DNA of 63,177 nt, the filler included, from Babesia bigemina (taxonomy: Eukaryota): the NCBI RefSeq assembly GCF_000981445.1. It is 8 parts of 8 records of this genome, joined end to end, with 100 filler letters (N's around TTAATTAATTAA, not from the genome) between each part and the next. Parts side by side here need not be neighbours in the genome. Positions count along the whole stretch, not along the records: positions 30,040 to 40,166 come from NW_012237217.1; positions 40,267 to 50,577 come from NW_012237218.1; 6 more parts are not named here. One strand, given 5' to 3'. The notes below the pieces were generated by a model. It was given only the letters and a program-made list of their open reading frames with translations. It was not told the DNA's origin and did not search any database. The first letter of the stretch is position 1. Every line of letters starts with the position of its first letter. Positions 30,040-41,789 of this stretch are shown piece by piece. The position numbers were made by a program, and so were the translations under genes.

Positions 30040-32665
30040 AGGAGCGATGAGGGTGGGTTAGGGAGCGATGTAGAGTGGACAAGGGGCGATGTAGAGTGGA
30101 TAAAGAGGCGATGTAGAGTGGATAAGGGGCGATGTAGAGTGGATAAAGGGGCGATGTAGAGTGGGTTAAGGGGCGATGTAGAGTGGGTAAAGGGGCGATG
30201 TAGAGTGGATAAGGGAGCGATGTAGAGTGGGTTAAGGGGCGATGTGGAGTGGGTTAAGGGGCGATGTAGAGTGGGTTAAGGGGCGATGTAGAGTGGGTAA
30301 AGGGGCGATGTAGAGTGGATTAAGGGGCGATGTAGAGTGGATTAAGGGGCGATGTAGAGTGGATTAAGGGGCGATGTAGAGTGGATTAAGGGGCGATGTA
30401 GAGTGGGTAAAGGAGCGATGTAGAGTGGGTAAAGGGGCGATGTGGAGTGGATAAGGAGCGATGTAGAGTGGGTAAGGGGCGATGTAGAGTGGATAAATGA
30501 GCGATGGAGAGTGGCTAAAGGGGCGATGTAGAGTGGGTTAAGGGGCGATGTGGAGTGGGTAAAGGGGCGATGTGGAGTGGATTAAGGGGCGATGTAGAGT
30601 GGGTAAAGGGGCGATGTGGAGTGGGTTAAGGGGCGATGTAGAGTGGATAAACGAGCGATGAAGAGTGGGTTAGGGAGCGATGTAGAGTGGGTTAGGCAGC
30701 GATGTGGAGTGGGTTAGGGAGCGATGTAGAGTGGGTTAGGGAGCGATGTAGAGTGGGTAAAGGGGCGATGTAGAGTGGGTTAAGGAGCGATGTAGAGTGG
30801 GTTAGGGAGCGATGTAGAGTGGATAAAGGAGCGATGTAGAGTGGATAAAGGGGCGATGTAGAGTGGATAAAGGGGCGATGTAAGGTGGGTTAGGGAGCGA
30901 TGTAGAGTGGATGAAGGGCCGATGTAGAGTGGGTTAAGGGGCGATGTAGAGTGGATAAAGGGGCGATGTAGAGTGGATAAAGGGGCGATGTAGAGTGGAT
31001 AAAGGGGCGATGTAAGGTGGGTTAGGGAGCGATGTAGAGTGGATGAAGGGCCGATGTAGAGTGGGTTAAGGGGCGATGTGGAGTGGGTAAAGGGGCGATG
31101 TAGAGTGGTTAAAGGGGCGATGTAGAGTGGGTTAGGTAGCGATGTGGAGTGGGTTAAGGAGCGATGTAGAGTGGATTAAGGGGCGATGTAAGGTGGGTTA
31201 AGGGGCGATGTAGAGTGGATAAAGGAGCGATGTAGAGTGGGTTAAGGGGCGATGTAGAGTGAGTTAGGGAGCGATGTAGAGTGGGTTAAGGGGCGATGTA
31301 GAGTGGATAAAGGGGCGATGTAGAGTGGATAAGGAGCGATGTGGAGTGGATTAGGGAGCGATGTGGAGTGGGTCAGGGAGCGATGTAGAGTGAGTAAAGG
31401 GGCGATGTAGAGTGGATAAGGAGCGATGTGGAGTGGATTAGGGAGCGATGTGGAGTGGGTTAGGGAGCGATGTGGAGTGGATAAAGGGGCGATGTAGGGT
31501 GGATAGAGGAGCGATGTAGAGTGCGTTAGGGAGCGATGTAGAGTGGGTTAGGGAGCGATGTAGAGTGGGTTAGGGAGCGATGTGGAGTGGATTAGGGAGC
31601 GATGTAGAGTGGGTTAAGGGGCGATGTAGAGTGGATTAAGGGGCGATGTAGTGTGGATAAAGGGGCGATGTAGAGTGGGTTAAGGGGCGATGTAGAGTGG
31701 GTTAAGGAGCGATGTGAGGTGGATAAAGGGGCGATGTAGAATGCATAAAGGGACGATGTAGAGTGGATAAAGGGGCGATGTAGGGTGGATAAAGGGGCGA
31801 TGTAGGGTGGATAAAGGGGCGATGTAGAGTGGATAAGGGAGCGATGTAGAGTGGATGAAGGGGCGATTAGAGAGGGTTAAGGGGCGATGTGGAGTGGGTT
31901 AAGGGGCGATGTAGAGTGGGTTAAGGGGCGATGTAGAGTGGATAAAGGGGCGATGTAGAGTGGGTAAAGGGGCGATGTAGAGTGGGTTAGGGAGCGATGA
32001 AGAGTGGACAGAGGGACGATGTAGAGTGGATGAAGGGGCGATGTAGAGTTGGTTAGGGGCGATGTGGAGTGGGTAAAGGGGCGATGTAGAGTGGGTTAAG
32101 GGGCGATGTAAGGTGGATAAAGGAGCGATGTAGAGTGGGTTAGGGAGCGATGTAGAGTGGGTAAAGGGGCGATGTGGAGTGGGTTAAGGGGCGATGTGGA
32201 GTGGATAAAGGGGCGATGTAGAGTGGATAAGGGAGCGATGTAGAGTGGATAAAGGGGCGATGTGGAGTGGTTAAAGGGGCGATGTACAGTGGATAAAGGA
32301 GCGATGTAGAGTGGGTTAAGGAGCGGTGTAGAGTGGGTTAGGTAGCGATGTTGAGTGTATAAGGAGCGATGTAGAGTGGATAAAGGAGCGATTAGAAGAG
32401 GTTAAGGGGCGATGTAGAGTGGGTTAAGGGGCGATGTAGAGTGGACACAGGGGCGATGTAGAGTGGATAAGGGGGCGATGTAGAGTGGGTTAAGGGGCGA
32501 TGTAGAGTGGATAAAGGGGCGATGTGGAGTGGATTAGGGAGCGATGTAGAGTGGGTTAGGGAGCGATGTAGAGTGGGTGAAGGGGCGATGTAGAGTGGAT
32601 AAAGGGGCGATGTAGAGTGGATAAGGGGCGATGTAGAGTGGATTAGGGAGCGATGTAGAGTGGGT
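30040..32665 (+). repeat. Long ~22-bp satellite (>2.6 kb), G-rich on +
   Basis: Direct periodicity. Confidence 0.98.
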
Positions 32666-32680
32666 AATAATCACCACTCG

Positions 32681-32968
32681 TGACCATGTCATCGCTGCCG
32701 TGACCATGTCATCGCTGCCGTAACCATGTCATCGCTGCCGTGACCATGCCATCGCTGCCGTGACCATGCCATCGCTGCCGTAACTATGTCATCGCTGCCG
32801 TAACCACTAACTTGGTCAGGTGTTTGGTCACCACTTTGGTTATGGCATTGGTCAGCACATTGATCACCACATTGGTCAGCACATTGGTCACCACGTTGGT
32901 CACCACTTAGGTCAGGTGCTTGGTCACCACGTTGGTCGTGGCATTGGTCAGCATCTTGATCAGCACTT
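32681..32968 (+). repeat. 20-bp array (32681-32806) and 12-bp array (32812-32968)
   Basis: Direct periodicity. Confidence 0.93.
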
Positions 32969-33093
32969 CAGTTAATTATTACACAATAACATACAACGAT
33001 TAATGAGTGATGCAACAGATTAAAGCACAATTCATAAGTTAGGTGAGTAGGTGATATGCTAGGTGAGTGTAGATAGTAAACACGTGAGTACGA

Positions 33094-36000
33094 TTATGGT
33101 TGCAGATAAAACACCCTCCCCAGTTTGTTAACACGTGCAGCGGCAAGCAGTGATTGAGCAGCTATCCTATGACTCGAGGGACTATGCAAATGCGATTTGA
33201 AGTGGAGGAGGTCTAGGCGGATGACCATGACGTGGAGGAGGTAGAAGAGGGATAGTGACCAGAGGGCGACGTTGAGCCAGATGAAGGGTGCTCGGATGAT
33301 GAAGAGGAATTTGTCACATTCCTTAAATAATTTCGTGAAGTAGTCGGACATTAGTACATTCTTCAACTGCTTGCAGAAGTCGGCACATGTGTTTGGATAA
33401 TTTTTGTTTTGTAATTTGGATGGATCACCGAAGGAGAACCCATAACTGTACAACGTCGGAGCGACGCCTTTGCAATCAACAATAGAGTGGCATTGACAAT
33501 TAGGTTTTTTGGAGGCGTCACTTATTGATCCATGATCTCCGCGTTTGCACTTGTCGCCTCTTAAACAGCCACGGCAGCCCCAGTCTTGACAGTAAATGTT
33601 GCAAAACGCGTCATACAAATTTTTAAGATTCGCCCAAAAGCTCCATGGGAGGTAGACAGCCCATGACAGGTAGAGGCTAGCATGCTTCTCAGCAAGGTAA
33701 CGATGAGAATGGCGGCATAGTGTGGAAATATAGGAGCCGCACTCAAGTTCCAGGTTGTCCTTGTCTTTGCAGCTATCAGACGTGACAAGATTCCTAAGAT
33801 GGGCAGCTGTACATTTACCATGCTTAGGAGACGGCGAACCATATGCGTTGGTGAGTGTTGCAGTTAGTGTCGACTGGTCGGTGTAAAGCTTAACGGACTG
33901 CTTCGTGATAGATGCACCGAATGCATTCTTAAGTGCTTCTATGTTATCATTCTTCAGTTCCGTTTTCGCATTAAGACCGTTTACGAGCGACAACGAGAAT
34001 CCAAAGTGCTCAGCCAGCGTGGACGGAGGTGTGGGAACGAGGCAGAATAGCCCTGTGAGGTACCTTATACCGACGAATTTGCTTAGCACTTCACACAGCT
34101 GTTTGCCCGTTTTTGTACTACCCGAAAAACATCTAAAGCCAAGTGGAGTTAGACATGGCATTCCTTTTCTAGAGGTGGATGGACAGGTAGCGCACTCATA
34201 TTTGCAACCGATTTTGCTGAGTTGGTGCGGTAAATGACCAGGAAGACAATCATTCAAATAGGACATTAAAGGGGAAGTTGGTTGGCAGTTTACTTTGCTG
34301 TTTGCCTCGCACGTTGGTTGGCACTTTGGTTGCTTAATTGGTTGGCTCGTTGCTTTGTCACTTGAGTGCTCCTTGCACGGCCATTTGGCTGGAGCGGTGT
34401 ACATACCGTACTCGCAGTCGTACCAACCGTGATGTTCAGCTTTGAGTTTGCATTGGTTCTTCAAAAACATCAACGTCGGTAGAACTCTACGCAAGATGTC
34501 CAGGAGCATGTCGAGGCAATCTTCACCTGACGCCGGGTAGTGGAATTTCATGGAGTTATTGCAGAAATCACTGCCGTAGATTGTATCGGCGTCGCCTGTA
34601 CCTGCAACCGTGGTCAGTACATCATAGGCGTTTGCACAAGCGTATGTTACGGCGTCACATATTTTATCATATGGTATGTACCTTGGGTACGCCTCTAAGG
34701 ACAACGGTTTGTCAGCTTCTAATGACAAGAAGCTTTCCTCACTCACTGCTGCCTCATCAACTTCATTTTCGAATGGCGGACGAAGTCCGTTGATAAACAA
34801 GTCTTGTTTAGCTGGATTGTGTGTTAGACCCGAAAGCCAAACTAACATTTCGAACACGCTACACGGCTTTCTGGTTGAATTTAATGTGGCCATATGACAG
34901 ACGTCATAGTACTTGTCAATGTGATTGAGGAAGCATTTAAGCATATCGAAAATGTCAAATTTATCAGCTTTTTTCTGCTTCGTTGTCTTATCTGCTTCAT
35001 TCGACTCGCACGTCTTAAAATGATCAACAACGTTGAGAGTCTTTATTTCTTCGTTGAGCTTGCCAAGAACCTTTTTGCCGGTCATGCTAGTTATACATTG
35101 CGATTCACCGTCCTTAGAGTTCTCCGTTTTCGCTACTGCATAACCGCAACGCCGAAGGTATGAACCAAGCGGGTTATCCTCGCCTCCCTCAGTTTCACAA
35201 AGTTTTTTGTTGCTCCACTCATCTTCACATTCATATTTTAACATCGAAATGTCTTCGTGAATGATATTAAAAAGCGTGAGGAAGATCTTGGACAACCTCC
35301 TACCGTCATCCGTCAACTCCTCGTTTGAGCCAGAATCTCCATCAGATTTTTTGGCGTCAATTTTTGGTCTAACAAGCTTAAATGTATCCCAATTAATAGG
35401 TTTTCCATCATCATACCCGTTCACATACACCCGCTCCATCTGCTCGACAAACCCCTGCAGCCCCTTTTTGACCGCATCGAGCAGCTCCGGGTGCCGGGGG
35501 TTGGCGAAGGCGGAGGGGGATAGGGAGTGGAGGGAGGTGGAGAGGTGGGAGAGTAAAGAGACGAATTTATTATCGTAATTATATATTTTAAGCTTCTTAT
35601 CTCTGGCAAGATGCACAAGTATTTCATCTAAATTTTCTTGGACTTTCTTAACGTCTTCAGCATGGTCTCCACCGACGGTGGGCTTGGGGGGATCTCTCTG
35701 ATTTAAAATTTGGAAATATATGAATTGTAATATATAGTCCAGATAATCCCTTAATTTTAGTGATGATAACTCAACATTTTGATTAGCGTTCAGCTCTTTA
35801 ACTAGGGCACCGAGTTGACCACCCGTTTCATCCTTGCCGTACATGACTTTTAAGAAACCTTTTAAACCGGTTTTTAGGCCGCGCTTTATGATGTTTTCGA
35901 TTGCTGCAATTTGCTCTACAACGAGAGTTTTGAGAGCTAACAAATCTGCGAAATGGGTATCCGCGAATAGAGTCTGCACTTGGTTGGTAACTGTTAGGAA

Positions 36001-39000
36001 GGATGCTCTTGCGTGTTCCAACATTTTGGTTTGGAGAGATTGAAGTGCAGTTTGACAGCCTTCATGGGCATCTTTGACGGTAACACGGAGTGCCTGCATT
36101 GCATCATCCAACTGCGTGGAGGCAGTATTGATGGCTTCCTCAACAGAATTTCGTATCATGTTCTTAATGATTCGAATTTCTTTCCTCAACTCTTCCATTT
36201 TTTCAACTGCTTCCACCTTTGCTTCGGCAACATGTTGGGGGAGATTTTCTAAGTGGGAAATTGTCTGCTGCAGATGAGCAATGGATTCATCACGCAATGT
36301 TTGGTCTGTACCGTAGTCCCCAAGTTTTTGAGTGTCAAGCATATCAGTGCCTGAAATAAACGTTTTACCTATTTCAGTCTGTATGGCAGTGATGTCTCTC
36401 TGAAGGCTGCTGTTCTCCGTCGTGTTATGTTTGTAATTTGTCATGATAGTATCAAATTTGATATCATCATCAGAGCCAATGTATTCGGTCAGTATGCTTT
36501 CCACCCTCCTCTCAACGCTGTCGTCAAGAGCAACAAGTTTGGCGGACGAAATGGCGGAGAAGGATGTAAGCGCAGTGCTCAGATTGTTATGGAGCTTGTC
36601 AATTTCCATTTTTGATTCCTCTAATGCTTTGGTAAGCTTATCGCCTATCTGAACGCCGTCTCCCCTATCATTTCCAAGTACATCCTTAATTTTCTGTGCA
36701 TCTTTAATAGCTTCCTCCAAAGTGAAGTTGAGATTAAACTTCGTAATCGTACGTATGGTCTTGTCTTTGGTAGACGTAAGCGATTCAAGCGCATTGGCAG
36801 TTTGCCTGGCGGTAGAGGTTAGAGCCGCCAAAGCGTATTGCACTGCAAGGTTGAGATTATATCTATTGTCAGTCGGGGTACTGGTGAAAACACCGTTCTT
36901 TAGGTTAGTATTAATTTGACGTACTATACCCTCGACGAACGACAATTTACCAGCGCTTGTTAGTTTGTCTTCCCTGATTTTCGTATTGAGAGCGTCAGCA
37001 AATTTCTCGCAACCTTGTCGTACAGCGTCAATGCTTTGTTCAATGCTTCCTCTCTCGTCGTTAACTTTAAAAAGTTGTTTTGCAACGCTGAGTTCGCTAA
37101 TGAGCTCACCTTTAAAAGCATTTGCAATTTTCTTGTTAAGATCGGCATATTTCACTACCATATTATTCATGTATTGCGCCGTGAGACCATTCCCCTTATC
37201 ACTATCTTTGTTCTCCTCTACCCATTTCTCAACTTTTTTCTTCACGATCTCATACCCTAAAATCCTGGCAATCCATCCCTCCACTATTTCGTCAAATCTT
37301 GTCTCAAACGCCGACGCGTACGCTTTCAACTTATGCTGAATCCCCTTAAGTCCTTTATAATCGTTTCCAATGCCTTTGATCCCTTCCACAAATTCTGTGA
37401 TGTCTGATTTAAGCAGAACCCAATTATAATACGCACTTTCATAATTTACGCTATTTCTTGTCTTTGTGTCACCAATCTTTCCTTTAATTTCTTCAACCTT
37501 TTTACGGATTTCATCAACATGCTTCCTAACATATGTCTTCACCGCACCATCAATATTAACACGCAATTGTCTCAAATCGGTTTCTATATCTGTCCGCAAA
37601 TTACTCACAACATTCCTGACTTGCTGCACAAGTCCATCATGCCCGGATCCGCGCATCCCGTCTACAACCACCCTCTTAATCCTCCTCAACTCCTTCTCCA
37701 ATTCCTCTCTCATCCCCTCGGCAGCAAGTTGGAAGGTCTTCATTTGCGTGCGTAAATCAGATTCCTTTCTTAGAAATTGCCCAGGCGATGTGGTCTTCAG
37801 AGTCTCCATTTCGTTGTCTATATAAGTGAATTTCGCTTTAATAAAGTTTTTGTAATAGTCATCCACCCGCTTCGCTAACGCCTCCACTTCTTCCATCGCT
37901 TTTAATGTACGACTTTTTACAAATTCGAAGTGCACCATTTTTCTATTTTCCAAGGACGCAACACTCCCACGAATGTTTTCGAATTGCGTTTGTAATTCGT
38001 CCCTCACTTTTCCAGTTTCAATATTAATCAGCTGCGTTATCGTTTTTTCCTCCTCCTCCAACGCCTTGTCCACATTTTTCACCTGCCTCGTCAGCATCTC
38101 ATTTGTAGATGATTCATGCAACATTCTTACAGCCATTTTGATTGGCTTGATCTCACTCATCATTTCGTTTTCTAAGTTTCTATCTAACCAGCTGATATGC
38201 GTGGTTTCTGCGTTTGTAACATGTTCATCAATTTTGTGAAGAACAGTTTTCCATGTATGCAACTGAATTTCAAGTTTATCGTTAGGATTAATTGACATTT
38301 TATGCTTTCTTTCTAGGTCATTAATTAAGGTTGTTAATTCATTTTTGATATTTTCTGTTTTCTCACCTAATTTACTCTCATACCCCTCCAGCCACCTCTT
38401 CACCGCGCCGACAGAATCCACAAGCCCAGTACGCCCGGAGCCAATATTTTTATTTAAGGTGTCTAGTACATTTTGAAGCCTTTTACTCTCTGGCTGTATG
38501 TATTTATCATAAGTTGTCACTTCATTTTCATCTTTCACCGCCTCAAGAACACCACTCAAAAATCCCATCACCCCGTCACACAGCCTGTCCAAGTCAGAGT
38601 ACACAATCCCCTCGCCAGTGTAGCCTTTCGTAGCAGAGTTGAAGCCGAGGAAAGTCTGAAGGCCGTCACATAAATTATCTAAGAGGTTTTTAGGGTCATT
38701 TGACGCATTTTTAGAATTAGTCAAAAATCCACAAAGCTCCTTCACTTTCTTCAAAGCCTCCAACTTGGACTGCAATTTGTCTGACTCAGCAGAGGGCGAG
38801 GGGGAAGGAGGAGAGTTATTAGGAAGGTTATTAGGTTCATTAAGGCTATTATATTGATCTGTAAAATTCTTAATTTCATTTTCAACTTTCTGCTTTAGTT
38901 GACCAATTTCACCGGTGTCAACAGCCTGGCCAGCAGAGTTGACAGACACAGAAAGGTTAGTAACATGAGAAGAGTAAACATTTTTAAGCTCTTCAGTACT

Positions 39001-39123
39001 GTTAATTACAGCGATAATAGCCTTCACAACGGCTTTTCTAACACTCTCACTTTGACCAACAAATCCGCCAAGCTGAACAGCAAGGTGACCAAGGCTAATG
39101 AGCATGGAGTCAATGTCCTGCAA
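33094..39123 (-). CDS. ves1: VESA1-family protein, near full-length 2009-aa ORF (TTG start; in-frame ATG at 39105)
   Basis: ISLGHLAVQLGGFVG, GIVYSDLDRLCD, FANPRHPELLDAV, GTGDA subtype, TM and RLDLLHFKSH tail. Confidence 0.88.
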   Translation of the reverse strand: MQDIDSMLISLGHLAVQLGGFVGQSESVRKAVVKAIIAVINSTEELKNVYSSHVTNLSVSVNSAGQAVDTGEIGQLKQKVENEIKNFTDQYNSLNEPNNLPNNSPPSPSPSAESDKLQSKLEALKKVKELCGFLTNSKNASNDPKNLLDNLCDGLQTFLGFNSATKGYTGEGIVYSDLDRLCDGVMGFLSGVLEAVKDENEVTTYDKYIQPESKRLQNVLDTLNKNIGSGRTGLVDSVGAVKRWLEGYESKLGEKTENIKNELTTLINDLERKHKMSINPNDKLEIQLHTWKTVLHKIDEHVTNAETTHISWLDRNLENEMMSEIKPIKMAVRMLHESSTNEMLTRQVKNVDKALEEEEKTITQLINIETGKVRDELQTQFENIRGSVASLENRKMVHFEFVKSRTLKAMEEVEALAKRVDDYYKNFIKAKFTYIDNEMETLKTTSPGQFLRKESDLRTQMKTFQLAAEGMREELEKELRRIKRVVVDGMRGSGHDGLVQQVRNVVSNLRTDIETDLRQLRVNIDGAVKTYVRKHVDEIRKKVEEIKGKIGDTKTRNSVNYESAYYNWVLLKSDITEFVEGIKGIGNDYKGLKGIQHKLKAYASAFETRFDEIVEGWIARILGYEIVKKKVEKWVEENKDSDKGNGLTAQYMNNMVVKYADLNKKIANAFKGELISELSVAKQLFKVNDERGSIEQSIDAVRQGCEKFADALNTKIREDKLTSAGKLSFVEGIVRQINTNLKNGVFTSTPTDNRYNLNLAVQYALAALTSTARQTANALESLTSTKDKTIRTITKFNLNFTLEEAIKDAQKIKDVLGNDRGDGVQIGDKLTKALEESKMEIDKLHNNLSTALTSFSAISSAKLVALDDSVERRVESILTEYIGSDDDIKFDTIMTNYKHNTTENSSLQRDITAIQTEIGKTFISGTDMLDTQKLGDYGTDQTLRDESIAHLQQTISHLENLPQHVAEAKVEAVEKMEELRKEIRIIKNMIRNSVEEAINTASTQLDDAMQALRVTVKDAHEGCQTALQSLQTKMLEHARASFLTVTNQVQTLFADTHFADLLALKTLVVEQIAAIENIIKRGLKTGLKGFLKVMYGKDETGGQLGALVKELNANQNVELSSLKLRDYLDYILQFIYFQILNQRDPPKPTVGGDHAEDVKKVQENLDEILVHLARDKKLKIYNYDNKFVSLLSHLSTSLHSLSPSAFANPRHPELLDAVKKGLQGFVEQMERVYVNGYDDGKPINWDTFKLVRPKIDAKKSDGDSGSNEELTDDGRRLSKIFLTLFNIIHEDISMLKYECEDEWSNKKLCETEGGEDNPLGSYLRRCGYAVAKTENSKDGESQCITSMTGKKVLGKLNEEIKTLNVVDHFKTCESNEADKTTKQKKADKFDIFDMLKCFLNHIDKYYDVCHMATLNSTRKPCSVFEMLVWLSGLTHNPAKQDLFINGLRPPFENEVDEAAVSEESFLSLEADKPLSLEAYPRYIPYDKICDAVTYACANAYDVLTTVAGTGDADTIYGSDFCNNSMKFHYPASGEDCLDMLLDILRRVLPTLMFLKNQCKLKAEHHGWYDCEYGMYTAPAKWPCKEHSSDKATSQPIKQPKCQPTCEANSKVNCQPTSPLMSYLNDCLPGHLPHQLSKIGCKYECATCPSTSRKGMPCLTPLGFRCFSGSTKTGKQLCEVLSKFVGIRYLTGLFCLVPTPPSTLAEHFGFSLSLVNGLNAKTELKNDNIEALKNAFGASITKQSVKLYTDQSTLTATLTNAYGSPSPKHGKCTAAHLRNLVTSDSCKDKDNLELECGSYISTLCRHSHRYLAEKHASLYLSWAVYLPWSFWANLKNLYDAFCNIYCQDWGCRGCLRGDKCKRGDHGSISDASKKPNCQCHSIVDCKGVAPTLYSYGFSFGDPSKLQNKNYPNTCADFCKQLKNVLMSDYFTKLFKECDKFLFIIRAPFIWLNVALWSLSLFYLLHVMVIRLDLLHFKSHLHSPSSHRIAAQSLLAAARVNKLGRVFYLQP

Positions 39124-39357
39124 GGCTCTTCTAGTAGCATCGTCAGTGAGAGAATGGTCAGTATCAGCAAGTTATTATAAAGGTTTATAGAGGTCATAGC
39201 GTTAATAAGACGAAGTAATTCGAAAGATTTGGACTTAGGGTGAACATGGTCAGGGCAGTGGCAAGAGGTGGAAGAGGGGAAGCGAAGGGTGACAAGGCAC
39301 AAGTTATTATTGTGGTCTAAAGAGGTCATAGCCGTATTATAGCGAGGTAATTCGAGG
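39124..39357 (-). promoter_or_regulatory. Long-form ves leader (ATG 39329, MTSLDHNNNLCLVTLRFPSSTSCHCPDH..), out of frame with the ves body
   Basis: ORF 39024-39329 plus homology to the other leaders. Confidence 0.55.
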
Positions 39358-40166
39358 GATGTGGAGTGGATAAAGGAGCGATGTGGAGTGGGTAAAGGGG
39401 CGATGTAGAGTGGGTAAAGGAGCGATGTAAGGTGGATAAAGGGGCGATGTAGAGTGGGTTAAGGGGCGATGTAGAGTGGGTTAAGGGGCGATGTAGAGTG
39501 GGTTAAGGGGCGATGTGGAGTGGGATAGGGAGCGATGTAGAGTGGGTAAGGGGCGATGTAGAGTGGGTTAGGGAGCGATGTAGAGTGGATAAAAGAGCGA
39601 TGTGGAGTGTATTAGGGAGCGATGTAGAGTGGGTTAGGGAGCGATGTAGAGTGGATTAAGGAGCGATGTAGAGTGGATAAAGGGGCGATGTGGAGTGGAT
39701 AAAGGGGCGATGTGGAGTGGATAAAGGAGCGATGTAGAGTGGGTTAAGGGGCGATGTGGAGTGGGTTAAGGGGCGATGTGGAGTGGGTTAGGGAGCGATG
39801 AAGAGTGGGTTAAGGGGCGATGTAGAGTGGGTTAAGGAGCGATGTGGAGTGGGTTAGGGAGCGATGTAGAGTGGATAAAGGGCGATGTAGAGTGGATAAA
39901 GGGGCGATGTGGAGTGGATAAAGGAGCGATGTGGAGTGGGTTAGGGAGCGATGTAGAGTGGCTTAAGGAGCGATGTAGAGTGGCTTAAGGGGCGATGTAG
40001 AGTGGGTTAAGGGGCGATGTGGAGTGGATAAGGAGCGATGTAGAGTGGATAGAGGGGCGATGTAGAGTGGGTTAAGGAGCGATGTAGAGTGGATAAAGGG
40101 GCGATGTAGAGTGGATAAAGGGGCGATGTAGAGTGGATAAGGGGCGATGTAGAGTGGATAAAGGGG
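39358..40166 (+). repeat. ~22-bp satellite running into gap
   Basis: Direct periodicity. Confidence 0.97.
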
Positions 40167-40266
40167 NNNNNNNNNNNNNNNNNNNNNNNNNNNNNNNNNN
40201 NNNNNNNNNNTTAATTAATTAANNNNNNNNNNNNNNNNNNNNNNNNNNNNNNNNNNNNNNNNNNNN
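40167..40266. other. Artificial contig linker
   Basis: N44-TTAATTAATTAA-N44. Confidence 0.99.
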
Positions 40267-41298
40267 CAAGCAGCACTCACCAACTGCAACACGTACACTG
40301 CCGCGCCCAGTCCCCTCAACCTGCGAACATATCAATCACTCAAGCAGCACTCACCAACTGCAACACTATCACTGCAGCTACCAGTCCCCTCAACCTGCAA
40401 ACATATCGATCACCTAGCTACGCACTCACCAACTGCAACACGTACCACTGCCGCTCCCAGTCCCCTCCGCCTGCAAACATATCAACCACCTAGCAAAGCA
40501 CTCACCAACTGCAACAGGTACATCTTCCCCTCCCAGTCCCCTCAGCCTGCAAGCATATCAATCACTCAAGCAGCACTCACCAACTGCAACACGTACCACT
40601 GCCGCTCCCAGTCCCCTCAGCCTGCAAACATATCAATCACCTAGCAACGCGCTCACCAACTGCAACACGTACCACTGCCGCTCCCAGTCCCCTCAACCTT
40701 CGAACATGTCAATCACTTAAGCAACGCACTCACCAACTGCAACACTACCACTGCCGCCCCCAGTCCCCTCAACCTGCAAAGCTATCAATCACTCAAGCAG
40801 CACTCACCAACTGCAACACGTACACTGCCGCGCCCAGTCCCCTCAACCTGCGAACATATCAATCACTCAAGCAGCACTCACCAACCGCAACACGTAACAC
40901 TGCCGCTCCCACTCCCCTCAACCTGCAGACATATCAATCACTCAAGCAGCACTCACCAACTGCAACACGTACCACTGCCGCTACCACTCCCCTCAACCTG
41001 CGAACATATCAATCACCTAGCAACGCACTCACCAACTGCAACACGTACCACTGCCGCTACCACTCCCCTCAGCCTGCAGACATATCAGTCACCTAGCAAC
41101 GCACTCACCAACTGCAACACGTACCACTGCCGCTACCACTCCCCTCAGCCTGCAGACATATCAGTCACCTAGCAACGCACTCACCAACTGCAACACGTAC
41201 CACTGCCGCTACCACTCCCCTCAGCCTGCAGACATATCAGTCACCTAGCAACGCACTCACCTACTACAACACTTACCACTGCCGCTCCCAGTCCCCTC
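40267..41298 (+). repeat. ~75-bp tandem repeat (~14 copies)
   Basis: Unit CAAGCAGCACTCACCAACTGCAACACGTACCACTGCCGCTCCCAGTCCCCTCAACCTGCAAACATATCAATCACT. Confidence 0.96.
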
Positions 41299-41788
41299 AT
41301 CACCAAGGCACTCACCCCTGTGTCCCCCCAGCACAGGCCACCGACACCCACGCTGCCCGGGATACCACGGCTGCCCTGCCGCGACGCATGTGATAAGCAC
41401 CAACAGCCACTCTAAATTATGTACTATTCGCAACGCCATAAGAATTGCAGCGAACCCCGTGCGCTCAACTCCCACAGTGCAGCAGCACCGTGCTACGAGC
41501 CGCGGTATCGGCGCCATGCTTGCGGAGCGTGTCGGCTACGTGCCTAAATGTGATATTAACGATCGCTACATTGCTGCCTATAAATGCTACTTAACCAGGC
41601 CAACGCGGATTACGCCACCCTGCCAGTGACTCGCAACACATGACTTACGTCACCCGCCGCGGCCTTCACGGCCGCCTACGTAGCAACCAATCACCCAGCC
41701 TCACGTGAGACTGACTCAATGGGCAACGCGGACACCTCTCACAGTCAACGCGTAACTCAACGCACCAGGCAAATAACGGTTCATCCGT
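41299..41788. repeat. Dispersed ~500-bp conserved spacer, copy 1 (homologous to 54978-55490)
   Basis: Long shared blocks, e.g. GCGGAGCGTGTCGGCTACGTGCCTAAATGTGATATTAAC, and a TCACGTGA palindrome at 41701. Confidence 0.9.
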
Positions 41789-41789
41789 C

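Noticed and set aside
30040..32665. True telomere
   Set aside because: TTAGGG occurs only embedded in a 22-bp unit, and complete arrays elsewhere are internal, flanked by genes on both sides.
40267..41298. 75-bp (or 20/22-bp) arrays as CRISPR arrays
   Set aside because: The whole unit repeats with no unique spacers, there are no cas genes, and the context is eukaryotic.
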